Positions 33,130 through 45,969 of a DNA stretch of 64,000 bases are shown here, piece by piece. Both the position numbers and the translations under genes were made by a program. The notes beneath the pieces are model-generated. The model was not told the DNA's origin, did no database searches, and saw only the letters and a program-made list of their open reading frames with translations. The stretch comes from the human T2T-CHM13v2.0 reference genome, Homo sapiens, in the NCBI RefSeq assembly GCF_009914755.1, contig NC_060926.1; one strand, given 5' to 3'. How positions within the stretch are numbered: position 1 is the stretch's first letter; each line of letters begins with the position of its first letter.

Positions 33130-33310
33130 AATAGCTAACACTTGAGGTGCGAAACACTCTACTGCATCATATGGGGAAGGTTTTATAGATGAAGAAACTG
33201 AAGCTTCAGGAAATTTAAATAATGTATTTAAGACCACATAGCCAGTAAGTGGAAAAGCAGGGATTCAAACCCAAGCAGTCTGGCTCCAGTGCCCAGACAC
33301 TGAATATTGC
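33130..33310 (-). mobile_element. MIR
   Basis: tttatagatgaagaaactgaagct...gggattcaaacccaagcagtctggctcc. Confidence 0.85.
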
Positions 33311-34454
33311 TTTGCTATAGCTTGGCTGTATCTTTTTTTCATATCTAGATGGATGTGAATTTCTATTAAGCTAAAGTAGAGATAAGCATAGCAGATAGGT
33401 AACAAGCGCCAAGAAATAAAAATGGGTTTGATACCTTCAAAGTGCTTCTAACCCTCATGGTCATCCTGGAGACATTAACAGACATAACAAAGAGTAGCTC
33501 TGTAACTTCAGAATGTCTTTTTTTCACGTATCCTAATTACAGAATATTGTGCTTTGGAGGGATTGGTCTCTGAAGTTCTCCTTTTCCATCTCCACTGAAA
33601 TGTGGCCAATTTGTTCTATGGCTATTTAACATCTTTGGTTAGTGCCCAAAGTCTTCTTTCAGTTTTAACAAGGTCACACAAGTGTTGGTGGAAGTTGCAT
33701 TTCTTTATAGACTTATAACCTACTTTCTTGGCTTTTCTACTCTATTCCTCTTCTGTACTTATATATTTGGCCTTATCATGTTTCATACCTGTGTTGTACT
33801 AAACAGTAGCAAGTGAGGAAAAAGAATTCACAAGGGCTGTGTGGATTCTCAGGATAACTAAAGCAGGCCATCATGCTAAAGGTGCTGGCCACGATGGAGC
33901 CATGCACCAGACATGCTGCCATGAGACATTCATGCCTATCAAAACATGGCCCAGTGATGACTCTTCAGTTATCCCATAGTGGAAGACAGTGCAGAAGTGC
34001 TTCACGATCCTACTGTCACTTAGATTGACCTACTTTAATGACATTGGAAAAATAAAGAAAATGGTATTTTAGGTTGTGGACAAAAGTACTGTTTTTAAAA
34101 GGTACCAATCAAGATGCCTCCTGGTCACACCAGGACTCTAATGAAAAGCCTTGTTTCCAATTTCCAGGCTGACACAGCTCTTTGTACTACTCGCTGTAAC
34201 ATTTTTCAATGTGTAGCAGACTTCAAATAAAAGTCAGGCAGTAACTTCATTACAGTATCCTAACCCAGCCCTGTAGCAATTCTATAATTACCAGTTAGCA
34301 AATGCCTGTCCTGCTGTGTACTTGTGTCTACCTGATCATAGGTTTCTAAGAGGTCAGTATAACACATCCTCAAAATGATCATGGCTTAATATTTACAAAG
34401 ACAAATACCATAATATTTGTTCCTAAAAATGTACATTTTTATGCATGTACTTTA

Positions 34455-35165
34455 CTTTTTAATTGTATATATTTATACACATACAACATGACTTTTATAT
34501 ATGCATTATACATGTATGCATATATATGCATTATACATGTATGCACATATATGCATTATACATGTATGCACATATATGCATTATACATGTATGCATATAT
34601 ATGCATTATACATGTATGCATATATATGCATTATACATATGCATTATATATGTATGCATATATATGCATTATACATGTATGCATATATATGCATTATACA
34701 TGTATGCATATATATGTGTATATATACACACACATAGTGAAATGATTACTACAGGTAAGTAAATTAACTTATTCATCACTTTCCTTAGTTATTTCTCTCT
34801 CTTCCCCTCTCTTTTTTTTGGTAATAACTCCTAAAATCTACTCTCCTAGCAAATTTCTAATATACAATACAGCAGTATTTACTATAATTCTACTATTATT
34901 CATTAGGTCTCTAGACTTACATATACTACATAGTTGCGTGTTTGTACTCTTTGACCTACATCTCCCCATTGCCTCACCCTCCACCCACTTACCCCTGGCA
35001 AACACCCTTCAACTGTTTCTGTGTATTCACATTTTTAAAAAATTCCACACATAAGTGTGGTAATGAAACATCTTTCTTTCTGTGTGTAGCTTATTTCACT
35101 TAGCATAATGCCTTCTAGGTTTATTTGTGTTGTTGCAAATGGCAGCATATCCTTTTATTAAGCTA
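34455..35165 (-). mobile_element. L1MA-type 3' end hosting a minisatellite
   Basis: catagtgaaatgattactaca...ttatttcacttagcataatg. Confidence 0.8.
34501..34713. repeat. 25-bp minisatellite (atgcattatacatgtatgcatatat), ~8.5 copies
   Basis: Directly visible near-perfect tandem units, with one 13-bp partial unit at 34626-34638. Confidence 0.95.
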
Positions 35166-35521
35166 AGTAATAAGTTCTATGGAAGTAGATGTTCATCCTT
35201 GGGGAGTTTCATATAAATTATCTTTGACAACCTCAGCCAGGGGTTAAACTTATTTAGAAGGAATTATAAACCTTGCCATGCATTTAAAAGCTAGGATTGG
35301 GCCTCTTTTTATTATGGCAAATTGAAAAGTTTGGTTTACCTCGCACTTACTGAAAATCAGATCTTTTATGCCAAAGCATAGCTCTGTGCTGATTTCTTAC
35401 ACCTGTCTGTATTAGTGGTAATGTTTTATATTGTACTGTTTTGAGGAGACAATGGGGGATCTTGTCTTTAAAACTTCTGAATATCTGGTTTCATTTAGGT
35501 ATATGGCAGTGTAAACAGGAC

Positions 35522-35886
35522 TGTCTTAATCCATTTGGGCTGCTATAACAAAAATACTGAAATCTTGGTGGCTTATAAACAACAGAAATTTATTTCTCAC
35601 AATTCTGGAAGCTAGAAAGTGCAAGATCAAGGTGCCTGTACATATATTGACTGGTGAGGTTCTTGCTTCCTGGTATATAGAATGGCACTTTCTTACTTTG
35701 TCTTGGCATGGTGGAAGGGACAAGGCAGCTCTCAGGTACCTCTTTTAAAAAGGCATATGATCCCATATGTGAGGGATTTACCCCATGACCTAATCACTCC
35801 CCAAAAGCCCCACCTTTTAATATCACCTTGGGGGTTAGAATTTCAACATATGAATTTTGAGGAGAAAAAGCATTCAGACCATAGCA
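35522..35886 (-). mobile_element. MaLR solo LTR (MLT1A-like)
   Basis: tgtcttaatccatttgggctgctataacaaaa...cattcagaccatagca. Confidence 0.88.
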
Positions 35887-36589
35887 TGGGGTCCTAGTCC
35901 AGATAACACACATTTGCCACTATAAGTTGTGTAGTACTCCCAGGTAGTTATTATTTAGATCAGAGAATTAGATGTTCTTGTGTTGTTTTGTTTTGGTGTA
36001 ATTCTATTTATCTGGAAAATTTGTGACTCTGATTCTGGGTCATGAAAAGGAAGAGTAGAAGCAAGGCCTATCACCAATAAAACTGGAAAGTTCTAGAACT
36101 ATAAATCTAAAATCTAACCTAGTGTTTTATTTATTTTCTTATTCATTCCGTAGGGCACCTTCTAAGTGATTGTGATACATCAATGGACAGGACATCTATC
36201 ACATCAGCTACCTCACTTTTTGCTAGCATTCCCTTGTTTCTCTCCCTCTCTTGGGTTCGTCACTCCTTGAGCAAATATTTATTGAGTATTTATAACCTAT
36301 GGAGTACTATCCTGGTTCTCGAATGGCCTTGTAATTTTTTTCAAACAGATTTAGAGAAGGAGGTCAGTAAGTTCTATATTCCCAAATGTGACTTGAAACC
36401 AACTTGAAACCAATCAACCTCTTTCTCTTCTAGGGGTGAAAATTTTGAAGTCTTGTTTGAACATAGAGACACTGGCTTTTTCTAAAGGAATTTTGGTATT
36501 AAGTAGGTGATGGCTAAGTTACTGGCCTTAGAACCTAGTGTCTATGGATATGCCTGTCTGGCATTCATAGCTAATCAGAAGCTTTCTCT

Positions 36590-36710
36590 CTTCCACTTTT
36601 ACTTAGCAGGTAGGAAAGTTGAGGCCACGGAGGTTTTGAATTGCCAAAGGCTTCACATCAAGTCTCTATCAAAACCGACACTGGAACCCGGCTTTTCTGA
36701 TTCCTAATCT
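36590..36710 (-). mobile_element. MIR fragment
   Basis: gaggccacggaggttttgaattgccaaagg...ctggaacccggcttttctgattcc. Confidence 0.6.
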
Positions 36711-37066
36711 AACAGATTTTTATTTCACCTGGTTGGGTAGGAGGAGAACCTAATATGGAATGAGCCCAGAGAGGACTAAAAGGCTAAAAGTTAGACCCAA
36801 AGCAGAATTTGTAAGAATTTGACCTGACAAAGTGAGGTTAATGGAAGACTTCATAACTAGCTGCATTCAAGGATATAAACAGTTTCTACATCAAAAATTA
36901 TGATGACCAACAGCATAAAAAGAACACATATATTAAGGTTGTACTGTGAATATTTGGGTGAGGTATAAAAAATCTTCCTAATGTTAAAAGGGGGAAAATG
37001 TTTCTAGAAAAAAATTACAGAAATTTATTTTTGAAAGATGTTTTTTAGAAAATAGAGTGTATGCTT

Positions 37067-37090
37067 GTGTGTGTGTGTGTGTGTGTGTGT
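37067..37090. repeat. (GT)n microsatellite
   Basis: About 12 GT units. Confidence 0.9.
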
Positions 37091-37202
37091 TTAGTTGCAA
37101 ACCTACTGTTTAAATGCAATAAAGCGTAGGTAAAAAGTGGAGCTGTGCTTACAGAGAATCCAAGCCATCATGGTTTCTATGAGCTCCTAAGAGCACAGTC
37201 TG

Positions 37203-37540
<338 letters not shown>

Positions 37541-38499
37541 GCAGAGTCTGAATGAAAAGCCCTGAGCCAGATTATAATTTGCCAGAATGGTTTTACCTTA
37601 GGGTAGAGAATGGCTTTATGAGAGTGCTTCAGCTCTGACATTCCAGGAAGGGCTCTTTGCTTGAATATTAACAAGTAGTTTGGCAACGTACGTGATATTC
37701 AGCAGCCATTGACTCATGCCCTTTCATTTAAACTAAAGTGAATAATCAGTGCTGTGCTCAACATAAGGCCTTTCACACAGTGGGCTCTTGACAAATATTT
37801 GATGAACAAATGCTGTTCTTATGCGTAGTAGAGAGCTCTACTTCTCTAAACGAGTTGGTGAAAAGCAATGAGAAGTCATGGCCCAGAGTTAATTTTGGCT
37901 TCTTATCCACTCTACACAGGGTATTGGATTTCACCCCATGGGATGGCTGCCAATGATAAAATTTTCCCAGCTCTGTTTGTATTTATGGCCTGGGCAGGAG
38001 CTGGAAGGGCTGTGGCAGCAGAAACATGAGACCCAGACCCGGAGCCAACCTGACTCCATCAATATCTTCCTGCTCAGCACTTCAGAAATGTTTCCTGTAT
38101 TAACTTCTTTGGACAGTAATTAAGGAAGGAAGGATATTTTTGAAAGAGCAACTTATAAATGCGGAACAGATATCTAAATGTGCTCTGGGTTGGACATGTT
38201 TTACAACTAGGATTTTCACAAGTGAATTTTTTCCCTGTTTTTCTTGCTCTGGCCTCTCATGGCTATGGGGAAGTGACTTCAAGGCGTTATGGATTTTGGA
38301 TGTTGCCAAGTCAATCTACCACAGAATGTGTGGCTTTGGAGAGCAGTAAGTCATTTTCCTGGGTTCGTTGACTTTTTAGGGACCTCACAAATATTTTCAG
38401 TACTAGCATATAAGAAAGATTTTATCTTTATAGGCAGAAGGACATTTTGTAACTCTTCCTGCTCCACCTCTAAGAAGTACATTTTTAAATGGTGCCTTC

Positions 38500-38905
38500 C
38501 TTATCATTTTTTCTTCTCTGTATTTTATTTAACATGGAAATAGCATAAAAATAACAACTCAGAAATAAAGACAGAAGAAAGAAGTTGCCCCAAATATCAC
38601 CACTCAACTATAGCATGTGTTTTAATTTTCAGTGATTCCTTATAGATACTATTCATACAAATATTATACAGTGTTAATCAAGGTGTAGACAGAATTATGG
38701 TCTCCATTTCATGTCAAACTTGATGTTTATATATATTCCATGTTGAATAATTTCCATAAATTATCACATTAGTGGCTATTTTTTGTGGATATATTCCATC
38801 TTAAGACTTGCTCTGTTGTTTAATGCTTATTCAAAAAGTGTCCAAGTTTTCCTAGTTTAAAAATTGCTGAAATGAGTAATTTCACATATGTAGTTTTTTG
38901 TCTTT
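38500..38905 (-). mobile_element. Old L1ME fragment
   Basis: Degenerate L1M 3' region motifs. Confidence 0.5.
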
Positions 38906-38917
38906 CTTTTGAAAACA

Positions 38918-39170
38918 ACTCAGCATATAACATGATATTTTCAAGTAGGTATACATTGTGGAATGACTAAGTTTAGCTCATTAACATATGCATTACCTCA
39001 CATAGTTATCATTTTTGTGGTGAGAACACTACATTCACTCTCAACATTTTTCAAGAAGACAGTATATTAACTATAGTCATCATGTTGTACAATAGATCTA
39101 CACTTGAAAACATCATGTTGTACACAGTAAATACAAATTAATCTGTCATTTTAAGATATAAATAAATAAG
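38918..39170 (+). mobile_element. Small 5'-inverted L1MA 3' end (antisense ~38918-39099, sense tail ~39100-39170)
   Basis: Antisense gtatacattgtggaatgactaag...cattacctcacatagttatc, followed by sense aaaacatcatgttgtacac...aaataaataa. Confidence 0.65.
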
Positions 39171-39174
39171 TCAT

Positions 39175-39900
39175 AAAACAGATAATCTTTTGCTTCAAGA
39201 AATTTACATTTTAGTGGAGATAGGCATTCATGAAATAAAACAAGTGGGTAGCAGTTGCTATAGCAGCTGGGTACAGTGAGACAAAGGACATTGGTGAATT
39301 CCTTTTGAGCAGAATGTTATATATATAAAACATATATAACTTCACATATATATGTATAACATATATAACTTCAGGTGTGTGTGTGTGTGTATATATATAT
39401 AGATAGATAGATAGAGTCATGTGTGAAATGATGTCGTTCTTAAGTCTTGAAAGATGTGTAGAATTTAACCAAGTATGTGAAAGCAGAAAAGGAGTTGTAG
39501 GCATAGGGAAGGGCTTGTGCAAGGGAATGGAAGCCTGGTAAATTCTGGGAACTGCCAGGAGTAGGAATGATTGGAGGTCCATGTGGAAGAGGGCCAGCCT
39601 CAGGGCTAAGGTGGGAATCAAATGATGAAAGGCCTTGAGTGCCCAGTTTGGGAACTGGATTTTATCATGTAGGCAATGATAGTGCAATTATTATAATACT
39701 TCAGGTAGGAGGGGAAAAGCTTTGGGCTCTATGGAGTTTTATGTGCATGTGGGCTCAGGAGAGAACTAAAAAATTTTAAATTCGTAGATATACATGACAC
39801 TTGGAAATATTTGAGTAGATGTCATCACCAAGGAGGATTGTGTAGAATGAGGCTGGCCAAAGACAGAGAGTTGGGAAGTAAGACCAGTTATGGAGGAGGC
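39175..39900 (-). mobile_element. L2 fragments with an inserted (TA)/(TG)/(GATA) simple repeat at ~39318-39415
   Basis: aagtcttgaaagatgtgtagaattt...ggattttatcatgtaggcaatg. Confidence 0.7.
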
Positions 39901-40534
39901 ACGAGGGGGAAGAAAGCAGAGGTATAGAACTGACTAGGAAGGCAGCAGGGGAATCAAGTTTGAATAGCCAGAATTATTTATTGGATAAGTATGTTTTGAT
40001 AAAAAAAATCTCCTGACTTTTATTTGTAGCACTGTCTCTGTATTAAATTCCTAATTATCAATTGGTGTGAGTTTTCTCTATCATGTAGGCATTAGTTCAT
40101 TGTAAAAGCCATATTTGACATTTATTCTTACTAGTCCATTTTTGTATTTTTAAGTTTTTGATTTTATCTATCATGAGTGCAAAAATTTTAGCATTTGAAT
40201 TGTGATAATGTTCTTCTGTGATTTTTTTCTTTTGTGTGGAAGTCTAGGCAGATTAATTAATATGGATTGAAGGGATGAGGGATAGATTTAGGGATTCCAG
40301 TAAGGAAGCAATTATGGTGTCCTGATGGCCTGAAATAATGGAAAGAGCAGTAGGACAAGAAAGGAGGAGATAAGTAGTGCAAGAGTTATTACAGAAGTAA
40401 AACTTACAGGTCTTTCATAAGCAATGGTAAGCATTAAGAAATAATTTTTGGAAGCTGAAGTATTAGAGAATGGAGAAAGAAATCAGAGCTTTATGCTTTT
40501 ATAATATTTCAGGCAATTTCTAGTTGTTTACATA

Positions 40535-40725
40535 TATTCAATCATTCAAAACTATTTACTGAGAACCTGCTATGAGCATAACACTGTTTTATGTGGTCAG
40601 AATATATTAATGGACAAAGCAAAGATTCCTGTCCATACTGAACTTACATTTTGAGAGATGAAGGTGATGATGATAAACAAAAATAATCATAATAACAGAT
40701 GCAGAGTACATCATGCATTTGAAGT
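40535..40725 (-). mobile_element. L2 3' end
   Basis: attcaatcattcaaaactatttactgagaacctgctatg. Confidence 0.75.
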
Positions 40726-40789
40726 CAAAGTGATTACTAGTCTCAAAGTGATTACTAGTCTCTGTTTTCTTTCTAGATTTACTTCTATC

Positions 40790-41030
40790 TTTCTCTTTCC
40801 TGCCCAGAGCTCTGGGAGTCTGACTTTTACAGATTAATCAATGGGTTCTGTTGCCTTCTGGCCTCCAGCTGCGTTCAACTAATGGGAGATACTAAAAGGA
40901 AATCAGAGTTTTGGAGGAGAATGAGAGTTGTTTTCTTGTCTGTGGATCTAAATGTTGACGGTGGCTAGGCTTATCTAGCAAAAGGCACAACTTGTGTAAG
41001 ATGCTTTCTGCTACAGGATTTAAATAAAGT
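40790..41030. mobile_element. LTR33-like ERVL LTR fragment
   Basis: ttgccttctggcctccagctgcgttcaactaatgggag resembles LTR33. Confidence 0.5.
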
Positions 41031-41111
41031 AGTTGGGTTTCATTGAAAATGAGACATTTGAGTAAAAAAATCAAAGGTGATGAAACCATTATTAAAGTGG
41101 ATATCTGAAGT

Positions 41112-41514
41112 TGTGTTAGGCTGTTTTTGCGTTGCTATAAATAAATAAATAAATAAATAATAAAAGAGGTTTAATTGGCTCACAATTCTGCAGGCTTTAC
41201 AAGAAGCATGGTGTTGGCATCTGGTCAGCTCCTAGTGAAGCCTTGGGAGCTTTCAGTCATGGCAGGAGGTAAAGCAGGAACAGGCACTTTACATGGGAAA
41301 AAGCAGGAGCAAGTGTTAGGGGGAGGTGCCACATACTTAAATGACCAGATCTCATGTGAACTCAGAGCTCACTTACCACCAAGGGGATGGCCCAAACCAT
41401 TCATAAGGGATCCACCTCCATGATCCAGACACCTCCCACCAGGCCCCACCTCCAACACTGGAAATTACATTTCAAAATAAGATTTGGGCAGGGACAAATA
41501 TCCAAACTATATCA
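41112..41514 (-). mobile_element. MaLR solo LTR (MSTB/MSTA-like)
   Basis: aaagaggtttaattggctcac...ggacaaatatccaaactatatca; TSD gaagt/gaggt. Confidence 0.9.
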
Positions 41515-41529
41515 GAGGTAGAATCTTTT

Positions 41530-42250
41530 CAGGTGGAGGGAGCCACTATAGGTAAGGTAATAAGAATAGTGTGTCCTATAATGTGGAAGAAACAGCAGAA
41601 AGACAGCATGGCTGGAACATGGTGAGTGAATTGGTTAGAGCACAGATATACTTTGAAGTAGAAAACAAAGGGAAGAGGAAAGGATAACTCTGTGCCTTGT
41701 GTCTTGGGCAACTGGCAGGATGGATTTGTATCCCTTTCAGATGGAGTGGGAAGAGATCGATTCAGTTTTAGGCATGCAGAATTTGAGATGTCTATTTGAT
41801 ATCTCTAATTGAAAATATCAAGAAGGTATATAGATATATAATCTGGAGTAATAAATTAAGAGTCATCAAATAAATGTGCACTGTCTAATACAATAGCCAC
41901 TGGCCACATGCATTATCACATTTAAGGTGACTCAGTAGCCTGTGTGACCAGTGGTAGCTGTATAGGATAGTAAATATTTCTAATACAGTAGATATATTCT
42001 ATTGCTATTGGATAGTGAGTATATAGAAGATTTCCATCACAGTGGAAAGCCCTCATGGATAATGCCGATCTAGGCGGTATTTAAAGTAATTAGACTTGAT
42101 GAAATCATTAATGAAGGGAAAGGCAGGGAAGATAAAAGACTGAACTTTGGAGCAATGCAATATTAAGGGATTAGAAAAAAGGGAAGGGTAAAACAATGAT
42201 ATGAAAAGGAAGTGGACAGTGAAGTACAAGATAAACCAAGAATAACTGAT
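41530..42250 (-). mobile_element. L2 remnant with a nested MER3-like DNA element (~41877-42070)
   Basis: L2 gaatttgagatgtctatttgatatc; MER3-like gcactgtctaatacaatagccactggccacatg. Confidence 0.6.
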
Positions 42251-42796
42251 GAAACTGTATCATTTCATCCTCATGACAAAATTAAGAGGCTTACATTATT
42301 TTCAACATTATTTAGGGGAGAGAACTAAGGCTCAGAGAGTGAAGGCACGTGTCTTTTATGACACAGTATCAGAACAGTTAGGAGTTGAGACAAGAATGTG
42401 AGACCATCCTCCTTTGGGTGGAATCTAGCTGGCTGTGTATGTGATGATGGTGACTACTCTTTGGCCATGACCAGAAGTGTGTCCTCACCAAAGATGCCTA
42501 TTCTAGTGAATTCAGGGAGTGGTTTTGGGTTTCAAGGATCCCTCTGACCTTGGAGGACAGAATATACTAACAACAGCTTCTGCCTCAATTATAACTGAAG
42601 TTCAGTTCTGCTCTAATATGCTGTACTTACTGGAAGACAGAGTTTTCTTTTGAGTGGCTCATCTTGCCTAAGTTTGCCATGCAAGAGGCAGGGGGCTCCA
42701 TTTTATTGAATCACTAAGTCCTAAGACTGCTACTTAAAGAGTTTTCTGGGTTGCCTGACTTGATATTTCTTATTGCGAAAACTTTAACATCATTTA

Positions 42797-43230
42797 TGTC
42801 TTAGTTTGAGTTTTCTTGAAGGCATAGCCTAAAATAAGGATTTGGTTGAAGGTAGTTTATTTGAGAGACGATCCTGGGAGGCAGAAGTAAGGGAGTGGGG
42901 AGAATGAGGCAAGAGAGAAAGAACAACTAAAAATGGTTAGTTACCCCCATGAGCAAATAGGGCTTAAATTTTCTGGTGACCTTCTGAATGCACTGACTTC
43001 CATCACCTTTGGTTGAGAGTTGCCCTTGGGGAAATTTACTTTGCACAATTCTGGTCTACACTTGTGCACAGCTTAAGCTGTGTTCCCAGCGTCTTTCTGA
43101 ACCAGACTAACTAGAGATGCTGCAGCTTGTATTTATGGTGGGACACAGGCACTGTGCATAGAACTGTCTACTAAAGCCATGTTGAAATCAGGTGGGCTGG
43201 GGGGCCATGGCATGGAGCACCTGTAAGTGT
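42797..43230 (-). mobile_element. LTR16C-like solo LTR
   Basis: aaggatttggttgaaggtagtttatttgagagacgatcctgggagg. Confidence 0.7.
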
Positions 43231-43429
43231 AAGACAATTGGGAAGCAGCATAATATGGCTGTTGGGACTGAGTAATGAGTATGAAATTACACTATCCTCT
43301 CTTAAAATGATATTACTTGTATGTAAATATATTAGATGACACTATAATTTATTCATCTCTAAAGACAAAACAATTACAAGTAAAATGTAAAAAGAAACCC
43401 TCTCTTTCAAATTTGATACATCACTTTGG

Positions 43430-43640
43430 AATAAGAGAAATTAGGTTACAGCCTTGACTTGCTGCTGATTTGTTTGAATTTAGGGAAGCCAATTAACATT
43501 TCTGCACAGCAAAATTATGATCTGTACAATGAAGACAAACATATTTACCTCATGGGATTATTGCAAGAATTATAGAGCACACACACCACAAGTGCACATA
43601 TACACACATATCAGGCATGGAGTGAGTACCTAATACTTAT
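43430..43640 (+). mobile_element. MIR
   Basis: atctgtacaatgaagac...tacctcatgggattattgcaagaatt. Confidence 0.6.
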
Positions 43641-44789
43641 TAGTTTCTTTTTCTTTTAAAACAAATCTAGTTATTTAACACCTTTCCAGCCTTAACTCAT
43701 TTCTTCCTTTTTGAATGGAAAATAGAAACATACTGATTGTTATCAACAATGAAAATAATAGAGTAAAAGTGATGTTAATGTTCCATTAGATTAAGTAAAG
43801 ATTATTGGACTCTCATGAAATATTTTGTCATTAAGTTATGGGAAAATAAGGTATATGAGAAAAAATCAGCTTATCTAGATTTCCTACTGAAAATCTATAT
43901 ACTACAGTCTAATTTTCCTATTTATGAGATTTGAAAAGATGTCAGGTAAAAACCAAACTACTATTTCTACTTCTACTTACTGTCACGAGTGTATTGTTCA
44001 TAATAATGTTTAATTTTCTATTAAGTCTCTTTTATCTGCCTTTCTTTATAGTGCACTCATTCCCCATTGTTATTTGCTTACAGCCTTATTATCTATAAAT
44101 GAAGGGAGAGAAGAAATGCCAACAAGTCTAAATATTGAAAAGTCAGGATATTTACACACAGACGGTTTCACTTTTTAGAATGCATTAGCCGTTACAAGTC
44201 TGGTATGTCTTTCAACTTTCAGGTATCAAATTGATGCTGTGCCATTTTCTTTTCCGGAGGCAATTTTTGAGATCATAAATGTGTGCAAGGGACATGAAAA
44301 CGGGGCCTGAATAATTCAGGATTGAGAGTATTTTCAGCTCATGCCTGTTGTGAAAAAACCAAAGATGCTGGTTTTCACTGGCTATTTGTTTTTGTAACAC
44401 TTCAAGTAATAAAAGCATCAACATAAATTCTGCATTGGTTTTGTTCCCTCAGTGAAGTTTTGCTATAGAGACTGATGCATCTCTTTGCACAACTGTGTAA
44501 ATAGTATGCTGCCATTTGGCACAATGAAAGGTTGGTCCTGGTGAAGAATGGAATAAGCACAGGGATTAGAATAAGTGTGGATTGGGAGAGAAAGAGCTCC
44601 CCAATCAGGGACTTTTCTGTAATAGATATTGCTCCTGTTGTCTACCCCGCGTATATTTATTTGGGTACCTGCTTTTTCTTTGTCTCATTAGTTCTGGTCA
44701 AGCTGGCAGGTACAGTATTCTGACTTTGGTCAATAGAGTAGGCTCTAATGGTCTGATAATTATAAAATTAGAGAGAAAAATAAAATTTT

Positions 44790-45935
44790 TATATACAAAG
44801 ATTTTTTTATAATCTATACAAAAATGCTTAACATGGATGAAAAAATCACAAGCAAAAATAAAATACTTGACAAATTTGAAGATACTTCCAAGATACATTA
44901 CATATAGAGGTCTGATATCACAAATACATAATAAACTCTTAAAATTGGAAGGAAAATAATTTTTATAAAATGGAAGATATGAACAGATAATTCACAAAAG
45001 AAATAGCCCTAAAACATAAAAGGCATTCAATTTCAGACATAATTACAAATCTAAAAATTAAAATTGTACTGAGAAACCATTTATGACTTTTCCCAGTTGA
45101 TGAAAATTAAAAAGTCTAACCACATCCTATTGGCTAGGCTATAAAGAAATCTGCACTCTCATATATTGATGGTGGTAATACAAATGAATACAGCCCTATT
45201 GGATGGGAATTTGACAATATCTAATACAAATACATGTTAATTTACCTTTTGACCCAATAATCCTTGTAAGACTTTACTCTGAAAATACACCTCCGATAAT
45301 ACAAAGATAGAAGGAAAAAGAAACTAAAAGATACTGTGTTTCTGTCTGCTTTCCATGTTTTGTTTCTTGTATCCATGTTAATTTTAATATATTTTTGATT
45401 ATTTACAACATGGAAATGCTTTTAAAAGTCAGAACTAAACCAAATATGATATGATACAGGCCCTTTAATACAAAAGGGAGATGGAGGTAAAGAGTAAAGA
45501 AAGAGACAACTGGAATAGGGTACAAAGGTGGGGGCAATACTTCCCTGAGTATACTTTTGGTTTAGTTCTGACTTTTGAAAGCATCTCCATGTTGTATATA
45601 ATCAAAAATATGTTAAAATTAACTTGGATGCAAGATACCCAACATGGAAAACAAACAGAAGCAAATAAACCTAAATGCATTACAAGTCAGTAACATAACC
45701 ACAGTGAAGGGGAGGGGGAGAAAGAAAATAATTAACCTAAGAAACTTTGAAAAACAGTGTTTTTTCCCATATACTCTAAGGCTAAAGAAAAAAATAACTG
45801 TTCACAAATATTGAACTCTAGTTAGTAGGTTTGTTTTTAACTGATGTATACGTTACCAATTCTAAAACTTATGTATATTCTAGAATTAAGCAAATAAGTA
45901 ATATATGGTGCATAATGAGAGCAAGTTTTCTCATT
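44790..45935 (+). mobile_element. L1MC-like 3' region with an internal inverted duplication
   Basis: ORF2-end motifs (gaacagataattcacaaaag, cctttgacccaataatcc-like) and L1MC-type 3' UTR. Confidence 0.75.
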
Positions 45936-45969
45936 GTCTGAGAAAAGAGTTACAGTTAAAGAGAGGGGA

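Noticed and set aside
34501-34713. CRISPR-like repeat array
   Set aside because: Contiguous tandem units without unique spacers, in mammalian DNA with no cas genes.
34463-34762. Three overlapping His/Tyr/Cys/Met-rich ORFs in all + frames
   Set aside because: Artefact of a stop-free 25-bp minisatellite; no evidence of a gene.
39211-39687. 158-aa minus-strand ORF
   Set aside because: Reads through L2 and simple-repeat sequence.
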